From Kondoa subrosea (Eukaryota), in assembly GCA_039545335.1 (NCBI GenBank), contig BCIN01000008.1:445528-509527 (forward strand): a stretch of 64,000 bases of DNA, given 5' to 3'. Below the pieces are notes generated by a model. It did not search any database, was not told the origin of the DNA, and worked only from the letters and a program-made list of their open reading frames with translations. The translations under genes were made by a program, and so were the position numbers. Shown here piece by piece: positions 38,244 through 55,600 of the stretch. Position 1 is the stretch's first letter; each line of letters opens with the position of its first letter.

Positions 38244-40170
38244 TTATTCTTGTACCGCGCTCGGCGTCGGTGCGGTAGAAGGTCCAGAGAAAGTAGACGC
38301 AGTCATAATACGCGACTTGGCTGCTTGCAGAGGTTGGACATAGCCAAGTTTCAAGCTGACCCAAAAAGCGAAAGATTTCGTTTCTGTTTCTGGTGCAGCT
38401 GATCTTTTATCGTCTCCTGTTGTTGTAGCTGGTTCAGAAGAGTAGAAATATGTTACCAGAAGATGACTCTGTATACAGCCAACATCAGCTCGTGCAACAT
38501 ATATAGCAGAAGTTTCAAATGCAAGAACGCACCTTGAGAGGTCCGACAAAGTCTTTCCCAACTGTAAGTTCGAGTAGTACAGTTGTCCTGTTGGCTTTCT
38601 TCTCCACTATCCCAATAGGTTGTCGCTTTTTGGATCGTCTTTGTCCACTTCCTTCATCCAAATCCATCTCATTCTCATCTTCCGCATCTTCGTACTCCCA
38701 TTGTTCCGCGAACGCATTTATTCCGAAAGAAGAAGTAGGGAACGAGATAGTGAATGGAGGGGTGGGAATGGGTTCAGGTGATTCAATTGTCAATTCGTCA
38801 GCTTTCGACTGAGGTGGTAAATCCAGTTGAACCTGTATAGGTTCATAGAGCGGGTTGACGAAAGCTACTTCAAAAGAATAGGTTCGCCCAGGTCGGAGAG
38901 GATCATTTTCCAATGATAAACCACCTTGCGAAGTAGTGCTCTTCTGAGTTCGACGAATCGAAGCTGCACCTGCTGCACTGAGACGACTGGTTCCAGCGCT
39001 GGTGATTGGAGGTCGACGAAAGAGTTCTATGGCTGGGAGATAGTTGCATGCGACTAATTTGATGCGATATTTGATCGAAGTAGATTTCGCTTCGGGTTTC
39101 GATAGGATATGTTTACATGTTGGACATCGTTTGGTTCGTTTAGCTTGTAAAGGTAATCGAGTCGGTCTTAATTGACTTAGACAGAATTCAGCTTATTACC
39201 CTATACAAAAGGAATCAGACCCTTACGAAGCGTCTGTGATTTGTTGCCATGGGTTAACAGCTTTCTGGCCCATTGTAGCCACTTCATCCAAGCTGGACAT
39301 GTTACGTAGCAGGTCGAGCCTATCTCTTTCCTTCTTCGCTCCGTCTCTTGCTGATTGAAGAGGTTCGTAAGCTTCCAACTCATCTCTACTTGATACTATA
39401 GTAGAAGCTACAGGTCTACTTCTTTGTGCCAGACCAAGTAAAGAGCCATATCGAGAAGGTAAACTTGACAAAGCCGTAGTTTTGGGGAGAGTCGAAGTTG
39501 ACCCAGATTGATTTTGGGCCGCTAGGGCTAAACCAGCTTTAACAAATGGTTCCAGATGATCTTTGACATGTTCAAAACATTGTATTGCAGGAGTAGCTGC
39601 TTCGGCTTTCTGCAGTTGTACTGATATTTGCAAGACACTTAGACCCTTACAATAGGCTTAAAGGGGAAGAAGAATCTTACAAGCTAAACCTGTAGGTTTC
39701 TCAAAAGTGATACCCACTTCTTTCGAATCCCATCGACAGAAAGAACAAGACAGAAAGTAAGGAGGTTCGCCAATGTTAGCTGCTGGAGATTTCAGATCTT
39801 CGACACCAGAAGGGTCTGAGCCAGTAACGGAAAGTGTATGCGTGCATTGCGGACACAGGAAGCAGTTTCGAGCACATCTGATCAAACGAACGCGCAAGAT
39901 AAGGCTCTTGTTGACTTTCTTGGGCGGCAGAGGATTTGCTTACCTATGAAATTCGCCGCGTACTGAAGCTGTAGGTACTTCGAAAAGACAAAGAGGACAA
40001 TAGTAGCAAACCACTTCCTCGGAGATACAGCGAGGACAGCGGATTGCATCGCATTCTTCGCAAAAGAACAATTGGCTCAAAGCATGATGTTCGTAGGCTC
40101 TGTCCAATACAGGAGCTACCACATCAGATGTACTTTGTCTTCCACAATCACAGTGGTATAGCACTTCCAT
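38244..40170 (-). CDS. DCTN4: Dynactin subunit 4 (p62)
   Basis: LSQLFFCEECDAIRCPRC...YYCPLCLFEVP...R|CARNCFLCPQC, PYFLSCSFCRWDS, LQAKRTKRCPTCKHIL.KPE and FVNPLYEPIQV. Confidence 0.9.
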
Positions 40171-41500
40171 CAAGCGCGGGCAGGTATCAGATAACGTTTG
40201 ACGTTGACCTGTGCTTGACTACGAACGTCGAGCCCAAGTTTCTTTGGCTGCTTAGTGCTATACTTCAGTGTCTTCGATGTGGTAGGAATCCTTGCTAAAT
40301 TATGGCCGTGCAGGCATTCTTCTCGCTTAGAGCTTTACGTTGGCGAAGTTGCTCCAGAGCAGTTCAGATGTTTTTCTTCTTACTGCTGTCCTCTACACTT
40401 TGCTGTCTCCTACCATGGCCGCTTCTGCTCTCTTTGTATCGTCTCTCGTTGTCGGTCTCGCCTATTGTGTTGAAATGACTCATAGCATTCGATGTTCAAT
40501 TTCGGCTGTTGGCTCAGTCATAGAGGCTCAATTTGGCACTCTGCGTGATTGCCTTAATGCTTTACTTGATATGCTGCTACAGTAAGATCGACTTTGTCCA
40601 TCCAAGCGCCTTCTTTGCTGCACGCGTTGACTTTGGCTTCTTCTCTTTCAGCCAAGCTCTTATATGACTCGAAGAGTCCGATAAACGTCACTTCTTCACT
40701 CGCCTACGAAAGTCAACGCTGTACGATTGAAGCTCCACAAGCTTGCTTACTCTGCTTAGGCTTTCACACTCAATGGCCAGTCTCTCCAATACTCGAAAGT
40801 TTGATAGACTGTCCAATGTCTGGCTCATGTCAGTGATCATCATGCGCATACGCTGACCCAAGCTTGTTCTCTTGGCTCGCGTGTCTCCCGCTCTAGAATT
40901 TAGCCGCTCTTCAGCCAAACTGAAGCTAACATTTTTGAAATCTTCAGGGACGATCGGACAATGAGAGCATCACAATTGTACATCGGCTTGTTTGTAGGAT
41001 ACAATGAACAGCATTGCAATCCCAAAGGTGGCATGGCTTGATTGCCATAATTGAAATTGATGCACTATTATTCCTCGGTTGACGACTTTGTCCACAAATC
41101 GACTGTCGCTTCCCTCCTAGTCACATACAGCTGATCGCCCATCAAGGCCTCTCGCAGCTCAAGCCACATTATTAGCAAGTTCAGCTCCAACTCTTGCCTT
41201 TTGCCCATTCAAGCTCTTACCAGCTTTCCCTTCGTCGCTCAGACTGCGCTCAACCGCATAAGAGTCCTATGCCCACAGCCTTGTGTGGCTTGCCTACAAC
41301 TTGAAGGGATTCCTTGCCTCAACTTGAAATAATCCACCGAGAACAGAAGTTTGAAGGCTTCCATACAAGAGTGTCCCTCGTGTGTAAGCTAGACTTTCTT
41401 TGCATCCATATCGTCGTTGCTTGGCCCACTGCTTCGCTACATCGATTGTACTCTCGAAGCACATGACCTGATTTGCCATTCCATTGTATAGACCTCAAGC

Positions 41501-44402
41501 ATGGCCACTGCTGCTACTCTACCACCAGCATCGTCGTCGAGCACTGTTTCTGACAGTATCCCGACCAACGGAATGCAACATACTCCAAGAACAGCACAGA
41601 AACCTCCTCTAGCTTTACCTGCAGAGTATGTTCCAATTTACTGGCTTCATGTCACTAAGTCTCGCAATGAATGGAACTCATGCATAACATAATAGTCTGG
41701 TGGCAGCTACTTTTCACAGCCCATCTGGATCAAGCACCTCAAGTTCAACTAGCTCGCCTGTTGTTACTCAACCTTCATCACCCGGTAATACTCATTCAGG
41801 ACATTCAACTGTCGTTCCAGCCTATCCTTACAACACATCACTACTACCTTTCCTTTCTCCTGCAAATGGCAATACTCCAGACGATTCAGAAGTCACTACC
41901 CGAATCCCTAGCGTTCAAGTGGATTACCTTTCTCACGAATGGCAGGAAGAAGATATTTGGGCTAGTTGGAGGTCAACTACCAAACATAAAGCTAGTATGG
42001 CTAATGGTGTGAGGTTGGAAAATGCGAGTTGGAGAACTTGGAACAAGCAGAGAAATAATCTTAAGACTATTAGTCCTGAAACTTTGAATTGGTGAGCAGG
42101 TTGGCTAGCATCATCAGGCTAGTACTGATATTTGCGCCTTCTGGTATCACAGGCTGAAGGATAGTGATGTGACCTGGCTATATGGACCGCTACATACCGG
42201 CTCTGTTGAAGCTGTACCAAAGCATGGAGCGCCAGCGAAAGCGGAAGATCGACTTGGTCTTGATTTCCACACTACAAGTCGAAAGTCGAAACCTTTCTCA
42301 CCTACAACAGCAAATACTGCCGGGCTCGCCACTCCAGGTAGCGCTCTGCCAGCTAATCATCTTCGACATCAACTACAGCCAAAGAAGCCTATCCTCAAGT
42401 ATCGGTCTCTTTCTGATATTCTGACAGTCCCTTCTTTCGGTCGAAGAGCACGTTTCGATTCATCTGAGGGTGAAGGCTCAAGTGATGGCGCCGAGTCAAG
42501 CGACGATAAAGGCTGCATGCCAACCAGCTATCTACCGTCTTCTAGTCTGCGCAATGCCATTACGCCAGACGAGACACACTCATCTCACGATCCTTTGGCT
42601 CCTCCTTCTGGTTCATCAACTCCTTCTCTCGAAAGCGATCACCATGGCCGCAAGTCGCCATCTATAGACGACTCATCTGACAACAACACCGATACTACCA
42701 ATACCTCAGAAGGCAGCAAGAAGAAGCGGAAACATATCGCTTTCAGTCATCGAGTTGAACAGTGCATTGCAGTAGATACGGAAGAAGACAGAGAACGATA
42801 TGGTGCAGCAGCGCAACAAGATTTCAACCAGCTTCGAAGACAGAAAGGATCTGGTTCTTACTTCCGTCGAAACCCGAATGCGCACCCAGATTTCTCAGAC
42901 GGGACTTCAGACGATGATGAACAAGTTCTGACCTTTCGACCAAAGCGCAATGCTTCCCACAACAGTCTTCCGAATCATCATTTACCTTTAGCTTCACCTG
43001 AACACATTACAATCTGCAAATTAGCGCCAACAATATTGAAGAACTCTGAAACTCTACCAAGTCCAAGTCCGGAAGTCGTTTTCTCTCCGGTTAAGACTCC
43101 AGTATCTACTTACTCTTCTAGCAACGCCAGCGATTCACCTTCGTATACCCCGACAGCCGGTTCCCCTCAGAACGAGCGGACGGCCTTACCTCCTGCTAGC
43201 TACATGATTGTACAGCAGCAAGCAGGTGGTAGACGGACCACTACTACTGCACCGGTTCCAGCTCCATCTCAAACTTTCTATGCTCGCTCTCAATCGACCG
43301 AACAGCCCATTTCGCAGTGGGATGGCGATGAAGAAGAATTTGCCTCGGTTGGTTTTGATTACTACGGCACGAATGGTCAAACAGGTGACCTGGATTTCAA
43401 TGATTTTGGTGAAGATGGGGGCGGTAGTGGAATGTATGCAAGCTACGATCCTATTCCTCGTGGCTACTACGCTCAACAAGCTGTCTCTCGATCACCGAGA
43501 GGAACCACTTTCGACTTGGATCAAAATGATGAAGATTATTTAGTTTCACCTCCTTCAGAAATGGGCACACCGACAGCTAAAAGCGTGCAATTGGCTTTTG
43601 GTAGCAAATCACCTGAAATTGGGAAATCCATCTTGAAGACTCGCAAGATTCCTTCTTCCAACGATTCTTCGAGCGATTCTTTAGCTGGTCCATCTTCGCC
43701 ACCTTTACCCTCACAACAACAACAACAACAACAGCATTCTGGTGGGCTTCAACTAGTTGCGGAAGATGATGAATCTACTCGTGGTAGATCCCTTTCCCGA
43801 GGTTCCTCGTCATCCAGTTTGGATGGTAGATCAGTTAGCCGAACAGCTTCAAGTGGTGGCGGAAGTCCTCAAGATTATGTTCTTGGTGGAATCTCAGCGC
43901 AAGGTGTTGAAATGCCTCGAAGAGTCAAAGAAAGAAGATCAACCGATAGTCTTGCTAACAACAGTAATAATAATAATGGATCCAGTCCGACTGATTCGGA
44001 AATGGAAATCACACCGAAAAAGAGTTCAGGAAAGAGAAGGGTTTCGTTTAACAGTGAAGAACCGGAAATCATAAATCATCCCGATGATGATAGCAGTGGG
44101 TCGGAAAAAGATGAGGGCGAGCATAAGAGGTGCGTCTCATACCGTTCAAGCAATTTACATTGCTTATGACGGTTAATTTGTCGCACAGTCGGGATACTCG
44201 CCCTGATCTATTAGAAGGGATTGAGGATTTAACACCGCCAATTCAGTCAAGAACCTCCGACCAACAAGAACATCAAGGAGGTTATATCGGCAACGCGCTG
44301 AACCTTGTCAGTCCCGAAGTCTTTGTGCAGTCGTATACATCAGCTGACTGTTTTTGACAAAGAAAGCTTAGCACGGTGTATAGCTATCTACTAAGGGATT
44401 GA
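41501..44402 (+). CDS. REG1: Reg1-like PP1 (Glc7) regulatory subunit, DUF1752 domain
   Basis: VDYLSHEWQEEDIWASW...RLENASWRTW...SPETLNW|LKDSDVTWLYGPL, KPILK, and KHIAFSHRVEQCIAV (RVxF-type site). Both ends are approximate. Confidence 0.82.
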
Positions 44403-44625
44403 AAGGTATAAAGTTAGGAAGCGGCAGTTTTTGGGAGATTGTCAAACAACGCCTTTGCTTTCAAGATCATTGTACATTATTATTGAGAATCCTAATTAGC
44501 ATCTCTCGTCGTCCTCTTCCCTTGCAGACTTCACTACCTATAACCTCCGGATCAACTCCGGCATTGCACGAAGGCAGTAAGGCAGTTCGTAGAACAACGA
44601 CCTCTCTACCTACCTTCACTTCATC

Positions 44626-47346
<2,721 letters not shown>

Positions 47347-47788
47347 GCGTTCGAGGTTGTCTCTTTTACATTTTGAGTAGTAGAACATAAAATTCTCGAG
47401 GGAAGAAGAAGTCTTCACGGCAGGGCGGATTTTGCAATTGCTAACAAAACACTTTCATACTGTCTTGATCGTCATATGCTCGCGCACTGCCTTGAATTCT
47501 CCACTGATGCCGAAAAAAATGAGAGCGGTGCAAATTGACTTTGCGCGAAAAATCACAACAATCTGGGTCAGGACCCAACAATCACTTGTTCGCCAAATCA
47601 ACTCGACAAAGCGACACAACAGCAGATACGTGAAGCTCAGACAGTTATAGATAGATCGAAACCAGGGGTAACACTTCGAACGCCTTCTTTTCTTTGAACA
47701 TAGCCTGTGTCCGACCTGAACTTTCACGCCCTTTCTCTCAGACAACGACCTGCAGCAAGTGGCCGCAACGAGGACAGATTATAAGCAA

Positions 47789-48953
47789 ATGAGAGAAGAT
47801 TCAAGAGTTTGGCTGGTAGTGAGGCAAGAATCTCAAGGTTCTGCGGTCACTCCTGTAGACCCTTCGAGCTCAACCGGAGGTGGTGATGGTGGGACGAGCT
47901 CTGTACAGCCAGTCACTCCGTACGTTGCTCCATCAAATCATCTGCCAAAATAAGTAAATATTGACACCTTCAAGCAGGTCATCGAGTACTGCAGCGGGTG
48001 GGGGAGCCTCAAGCACTACTGCACCGGTACAACAATCTTCTACGACTCGGACTGGCGACAGTTCCGCGGCAGCAGGTGCCCAACCATCTTCCAGTGCACA
48101 AGCAGCAAGTTCCTCTCGAGCTGCTGCCTCTTCTTCTTCTATCGTCTCTTCTACCTCTACTTCCGTCTCCGTAGTAGTCGTCACTTCAGTCGAAACCGTT
48201 TCTGGTTCCACACGAACTCTGACTTCCTCCTCCTCATCAACAGCTTTGATCCCTACTTCAGCTACAGTACAAAAGAACAACTCTTCTGGTGGTTTAAGCT
48301 CAGCAGCAAAGAGTGGAATTATTGGAGCTGCATCAGGAGTAGGAGGATTGATCGTTTTGGCTTTGCTCTTCTTTTTGGGAACGAGGTATTTGAGGAAAAG
48401 GAAATCAGCTTACGTTCCTGGTGAAGATGAAATTCGTTGGCCTGAAGCTGAAGCGGATAGTGGTGCTTTGTTTGCTCCTGCTGTGAGAAGAACCGGTGGT
48501 GCAGGTCTGGGTAGAGAAACTTCAAGTGAGTCGGTATTCGGTTGATAGGGTACAAAAAGGCTAACGTGATGGTTTATAGTGCGATCTGCTACTTCTATTC
48601 CACCTAGTATCACAACAGCTGGTTATGCGCCTACTTCAGATGGTCACAATGCAGCAGGATTCGGTGCAGCAGGATTAGCAGCCGGAGGGCTAGGTGCAGC
48701 AGGTGCAGGCTACTATGCTGGTCAGAACAGAAGAGAAAGCATGAATAACCCCTACGATCAGTATCATGATGAGGCATATGATCAAGGTCCAACCAATCAA
48801 CAGAATTATCAGTATGAGGAAAGCATCAGAAGTGGGAGAGGACAATTGAGAGTTCTCAATACTAGCAATTATTGTGAGTTGCTTTCTGTTTGCTTGCTAG
48901 ATTCGAGCTCATTCGTGTTGTATAGCTAATTTGGATGGTGTATATGAACGATA
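47789..48953 (+). CDS. Ser/Thr-rich single-pass membrane protein (Mid2/Wsc-like topology)
   Basis: S/T-rich ectodomain, TM segment GIIGAASGVGGLIVLALLFFLG followed by RYLRKRK, and a Tyr-rich cytoplasmic tail. Both ends are approximate. Confidence 0.65.
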
Positions 48954-49334
48954 ATAGTGGAGAACAGGAAAAAGAAGCAAAGCCTAGTGTTGTCATAGGT
49001 CAGTCCTTCGTACAGTCTTGATGCGTGTCTTGGTAGCTTAGGCTTATGACACCACAGTCTACTTGTCATTGTACCTTCAAAAAGGACGTTATTTATATTG
49101 TTTGCGCATGACAATTACTTGAGCACTGGTTGCTTCTTGTTGTAATTCAATACGCTCTTTTTTGTAAATCATTGTCACACTCGTTCTGACTCTTTCCCTT
49201 TTCCTACCTGGCATTACGTAAGAATCGCGCGCATCTTTTGCAAAAAAGTAAACAATCATCTCTCGCACCTTACCTACCATCTTAGAGCTGTCCAGCATCA
49301 CCCTGCACAGCTCTCAAGCCTATCTTGCAGGACC

Positions 49335-52302
49335 ATGAGGCGCTCTGTGCTGGCCAACAAGGATTCTATAGCCAATTCTGAGGCAAACAAAGTAGCCACT
49401 CCTGATCGAGCTCTGAATGCAAGCGGTGGTGGTTTTGGTATCGTGAGCTTCAAGAAAGACTTCAAACCGCCTGCTACCATCAACAGACGCGACGGAGATG
49501 CCAACACAGCTGGTTTAAGGAAACGCAAGCGAGTTTCGTACAAGGGCAAAGCTAACGAACAAGACGATGACGATGATGATGAAGATGGGCCTGCTAAAAA
49601 GAAGAAGAAGAAAGAGTTTGGCGAGTTCTCACCTCCGCCTGCCTTGAAAAGTTATGGCAAGTTTGAAGTAAAACCCTCTGAACCAACTTTGAACTCTGCT
49701 TTCCGATTACCTGAAATGCGCAATACCAAGACTGGTGAAATCGTTGTTACTCGTTTGACTGCTGGAGCTTTAGGTGTTTGTCGAAGAGTGGTTGCGATAC
49801 CTCGACCTCTACATGATCCTTTTTCTGATCACGCCATTGTTCTCTATGATCCTACTGTCGATGATCTGGACAAGCAAGCTGCAGAAGAAGCGGAACGTTT
49901 GCTCAAAGAAAAGGAAAAGGAAGAAATGCAGAATCGAGGACCGCACAAATCTTTAGCTGCTATGCTTGGTCTCAACAAAACCAAAGATCCAGCTGCTGTC
50001 AAAGTTCCAGTCGTTATTGATCCAAGATTGAGCAAAGTGCTCAGACCCCATCAAGTTGAGGGCGTCAAGTTCTTGTACAAGGCTTGCACGGGGAAGATTG
50101 TAGACGGCTCGTATGGTTGTATTATGGCTGATGAGATGGGTTTAGGTAAGCTGATTCGCGTCCCTGAACATCTTCAAGCTGATACGTAATTTAGGCAAGA
50201 CATTACAATGCATCGCTCTTCTTTTCACTCTACTCAAGCAATCACCAAAATCTGGCAAAGGTACTATCGAGAAAGCTATTGTCGTCTGTCCTGCCAGTTT
50301 AGTGCGCAATTGGGCGAATGAGCTGGGTCAGTCGATGTCTCTACTTCCGTTTTAAACCGCTGAAGGTTTCATAGTAAAATGGCTCGGGCCTGGAGCAATC
50401 AATCCCTTGGCCATTGATGGTTCGCTCGCCAAGTCAGAACTAGTCACCGCCATTCGTCAATGGACAGTAGCTACTGGTCGTTCAGTAACTCAGCCTGTCA
50501 TTATCGTTTCCTATGAATCTCTTCGACTTCTCATCGATCAGCTTGGTCAGACGCAAGTTGGTCTACTCTTGGCTGATGAAGCTCATCGACTCAAAAATGC
50601 TCAAAACAACACCTACACCGCCCTCAATTCCATCAACGTACAACGTCGAGTCTTGCTAACCGGTACTCCAGTGCAGAACGATTTAACAGAATACTTCTCT
50701 TTGCTCAACTTCGCCAATCCTGGAATTTTGGGCACAAGATTGGAATTCAGAAAGAATTTCGAGAACGCGATCCTGAAAGGAAGAGATGCCGATGCGACAC
50801 CCAAGCAGCAAGAAGCTTGCGAAGAGAAATTGAAGGAGTTGATTGCGCTCGTCAGCAAGTTCTTGATCCGCAGAACAAACGATCTGCTCACCAAGTATTG
50901 TTCGTTGTTATTTCTATCGTGTTTACACAAGCTGATCAATCTATTCTCTGCAGTACCGGTAAAATACGAACATGTGGTCTTTTGTGCTCCGTCACCGTTC
51001 CAATTGGCTCTGTATCGCCTGGTCACTGCTTCACCAGAAGTCCGAGGTGCAATCAAGGAAAGCGGCAAGAATCCTCTGGTCGCGATTGGCATGTTTCAAA
51101 AGCTTTGTGCTCATCCGGATCTACTGGACCTTTCCAACGTACCTGGTTGCAAAGAAATTTTACCTGATGGTTATGATCCACAAGATCGAAGAAGGGAATT
51201 CATGCCTGAGTTCTCGGGAAAGATGCTTGTCTTAGAAAGGTAAGCGAATGAAGCGCAGCTGTCGGCACCTTGCTGACTCTGCTGCGCAAAGGTTTCTCGA
51301 CAAGATGCACAAAGAAACGGATGACAAGATTGTGCTCATTTCTAACTTTACGGAAGTCATGGATCTGTTTGAGAAGCTGTTGAGACGTAAGAAGTGAGCC
51401 TTGTCTTCATCTTTCTTGGCTCTTTCTCATCGTTTCTTGCCAGATACGCTTTCTTCCGACTTGAAGGTAGCACAACTATCAAGAAGCGTCAAAAGCTGGT
51501 CGATCAATTCAACATGCCAGACAGCAAAGAGAAAGTCTTCCTCTTGTCTAGTAAAGCTGGTGGATGCGGTATAAATTTGATTGGGGCTAATCGCTTGATC
51601 TTGTTTGATCCTGGTGAGTGGAATTACTTCTTCATTTAGTATGCGATTAAGTTAGTGAATAGACTGGAACCCTGCATCGGATCAACAAGCTCTAGCTCGT
51701 GTCTGGCGTGATGGGCAGAAGAAGAATTGTATGTCTCGAATTTTGTCATGTCTGAACATCGCTTACTACTTTAAATGCACAGGCTTTGTCTATCGATTCT
51801 TGTGCGTGATGCTCGACAGACGCTGGATACACACAGCTCATTTGACCCGTATAGGACAACCGGAACAGTAGAAGAAAAGATCTTTCAACGGCAAGCACAC
51901 AAGCAGGCTCTTTCCGCATCAGTGGTCGACGCAAAAGCAGACGAACATCGCCATTTCAGTGTTGGAGATCTGAAGAAGCTATTCCTTTGTAGATCACTCC
52001 CCAATTTCACGTTGCTAAAGTGCTGACCTCGTGAATAGACAAAGACAATACGACAAGTGAAACGCATGACACCTTTAAATGCAAGCGATGCAGAGACGAC
52101 AAGCAATTCATTAAAGCCCCAGCCATGCTTTACGGCGATACGTCTTCATGGAATCACTTGAGCAATGATTGCCTGTCCAATATCCACGACGATCTATTGT
52201 AAGTTCATTCGCACTAAAGTTTCACTGCTGACAGATTCCACCAGGCGAGCTGAAACTGGGCTGGATGCAGTGACGAAAGTTTTCCAGTTTATCTCCTCGT
52301 AA
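49335..52302 (+). CDS. RAD54: Snf2-family DNA translocase Rad54
   Basis: [80 protein letters not shown] and [13 protein letters not shown]. Confidence 0.95.
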
Positions 52303-52673
52303 CGACGACGAACAACGAAGCGCAAAGCAAATGTATCAAAAGCTGTACACACAATCATTCACATAACTGCGTGCGCAGATTCGACAAGACTCCCCCTCTC
52401 CTCAATTTGATTCGGATGTTGTTTCGTCAGATCAAGCGAGTATTCTTTCCTTCGTTCTTAATCCCAGCACATTTTACCTGCCGGATCCGGCTCTCGCATG
52501 ATTCTTGCGTGTGCTTGAGTCTGCTTAGTGCTCTTGTACGGGCACCAGGTGGGCTAATATCGATCGCGGGCATTTCGCGGGGCAACGCTTCAAGCGGATT
52601 CCTTAGACTTCTTTTCCTTTGAAGGCTGTAGTGATCTCAGTTCCTAATACTCGAGCTTCTGATTTGGGTCAAC

Positions 52674-55600
52674 ATGAAGTTATCCTCTCTACTTCTGATC
52701 TGTCTTTCCGCTGTGCTAGTTCAAGGCGATCATTACGACGAAAATTACATTGCTCCAACAGCAACGGGTAAAGGACGGCAGGATGCATTCGACAAGGCAG
52801 CCGAACTTGTTGGTCGCATGACGTGAGTTTCCTTTCATACTTCACGATCTAGGACTGACAAATTCTCAGCCTTGAGGAGAAGCTCAATCTCACCCTGTGG
52901 GGAAACGCTGTCCCACGATTGAATTTTCCTGGATATAAGACTGCAGACGGGTAAGCTGACCTGTCTCTTTGCATGCAATCTTTCCCCCTGCTTACACTTG
53001 TCGCAGGTCGAATGGACCAGCAGGTAGGATTTCGGCTGCTTCGAGATAGTGCCTACTCATTTCGGTATAGGCACATTTGCTAACCACTCCTCTTTCGTCT
53101 CGAGCATTACTATGGCTGCGTACGTTGGGTCCTCTTGGGCATTTAAATTTGTTCGCTAATGCTTGTACTTCTACCCAGTACGCTTGATCGAGAGCTGATG
53201 TATGAACGCGGACGCTTGACGGGACAGCAATTGAAGAAGAAAGGGTGAGTTTGGTACACAGTTGCATCATGATAACTCTCGCTAACTTCTTCTTGACAAT
53301 CCGATTAGCTACAATGGCTTATTAGGGCCAATGATTAATATGATGCGGTACTTGTCTATTCTTTCCACGTTATGTCAAATATACTTATCTTGTGCTCAGA
53401 GCACCCGAAGCTGGTAGAAACTTTGAAGGATATGGTAATTTCTCTCGTTGACCGGATTTTCTGCGAGATCTGATGCTCTGAATCAGGGCCTGAGCCGTAT
53501 GCAATACATAGCTGGAAGAAACTTGTCTAACGTGCCTTGAAGGTATTTGGCGGGAATTGCTGTTGCTGAATTCGTCAAGGGCTGTCAAGACGCAGGAACA
53601 TTCACCGTTACTAAAGTCAGTACACGACATGTCAAGAACATGTAGCATTCCGCTCAGTACTTGTACAGCATTATGTCGCAAATGAACAAGAGCACGGGCG
53701 TCAATTGGAATCAAGCGAAGTCGATGCTCGTACTTTCAACGAAGTGAGACTTTAGCGATCTTGCCAGGCGAGGCTCGTCAGCTCATCATGGTTTTAGGTC
53801 TATGACTGGCCTTTTGCAGATGCAGTCAGAGCTAACAGTGGAGGTACGCAATCGCTCATCAGGCGGAAATATGAAGTTCAAGCCTGAAGGCTGCCAGGCA
53901 TCATGTCTTCTTACAATCTTCTCAACGGGACCTGTATGTCTTCTCGAGACAGCTTCACAACTCAGCATCTGATTTTTTTTCTGGGGTTGCAGATACTAGC
54001 GGCAATCCTGCTTTACTTGGAGCTGCACTCAAAGGTGTTTTAGATTTCCAAGGTTTCGTGGTTACGGACTTTCAAGCCGAAAGACTCGGTGTCGCTGGCT
54101 TCCGAGCTGGAGGAGATGCACAGTAAGTTGAAGTATTTCGGTGGCACTTGGCTCACGCAGCTGTACAGGCTCGGTGGTTCTTCTGCTATTGATCCGCCTG
54201 GCTCCATCGCTTCAATAGGAGGCAGTCGATTTGGACAGAACCTGACTGTCTTTGTAAATAACAACTCGCTTCCTCTCTATCGGGTCGACGATGCCGCGAG
54301 ACGTCTTCTTGCACCTTGGTTCTTATTGGGCCAAGACAAAGTCAAGTATCCATCTCTACCAAATGACATTGTCACAGATAACGAAGAAGCTGCCTCGCAT
54401 ATTCGTAAGGCTGGAAGTGCAGCTACTGTTCTACTCAAGAACACCAAGAATGCATTGCCGCTCAAGCAGGGACAGTCGATCACACTCTTTGGTATTGACG
54501 CAGACGATGATCCAAATGGCCCTAATCAATCTGGTCGAGGTTATCGAGTATCAGCCAACCCAGAAATTTTCGTAAAGGTGCCCAATACGGGCGCTCAGAA
54601 CAACGGTACTTTGGCTTGTGGTTGGGTAGGAGCTTATCGTTCTTATTTTTGGGCCGCTCGCTTACTCTGTGTCAGGGTTCGGCTTTCAATCTTTTCCCCT
54701 ACTTGGTTTCGCCTGTTTCTGCTTTACGCGCAAGAGCTCAGAAAGACGGCAGCTCATTCTCTTTCGTGCGCAATCCATACAATCAAGGACCGATTATTGC
54801 TGCTGCCTCGAAGCCGGATACAACCTGTTTGGTTTTCACATCATCGAGCTCAGGTGAGGAAATAGATGCAGTAGACAACAATATTGGAGATCGCCAGAAT
54901 ATCACCAGTTGGCACGGTATGCTCTCTTATCTTCTCTCTATTTTGTATCACTTCCATCTGACATTCAAATAGGCGGCGATGAACTTATCAAAACCGTTTC
55001 AGCTAGATGTGCAAATACAAGTCAGTCTAACAGCACCTATTACCTTGCATGCTGAATGTGACTTTTAGTTGTGGTTGTTCATGCCGTTGGACCGATACTC
55101 ATGGATGTCCGTCTTGCTTTTGTTCTGCGCTTGATATAGACGCTGAGGTTTTGCTCATCAGTGGGCAGACAACAAGAACGTGACTGCAATTGTCTTTGCT
55201 GGTTTGCCAGGGTATTTCACTCTTTAGGCAATATATGCCATTGCTGAACTACCTCAAAACAGGCAAGAAAGCGGAAACTCCTTAACAGATGTTCTGTATG
55301 GCGACTACAATCCTAGCGGAAAACTTCCTTTCACCATTGCCTACGATGTCAAAGATTATCCAGGTAAGAATGCTGTGTTTTACATCTGAAAATACACTAA
55401 AGCAGCGATTCTTAGCTGTCGTGGATTTCAACATTTCGAACTTTGATGGCGTCTACCAACCTATTCCTTACACAGAAGGCATCTTCTTGGACTACAGACA
55501 CTTCCAGGAAGCGGGTATTAAACCTCGCTACGAATTCGGTGCAGGATTGAGGTGAGACAGCCTTCTTGTGTCGTTACTGCTTACTTGAACCACGCTGCTA

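Noticed and set aside
40255..40918. Short ORFs between dynactin p62 and the REG1-like gene
   Set aside because: No coherent spliced model or recognisable motif; may be UTR or promoter sequence.
43712..43735. (CAA)n and other short trinucleotide runs
   Set aside because: Ordinary coding polyQ, polyS and polyE tracts; not a CRISPR or satellite array.
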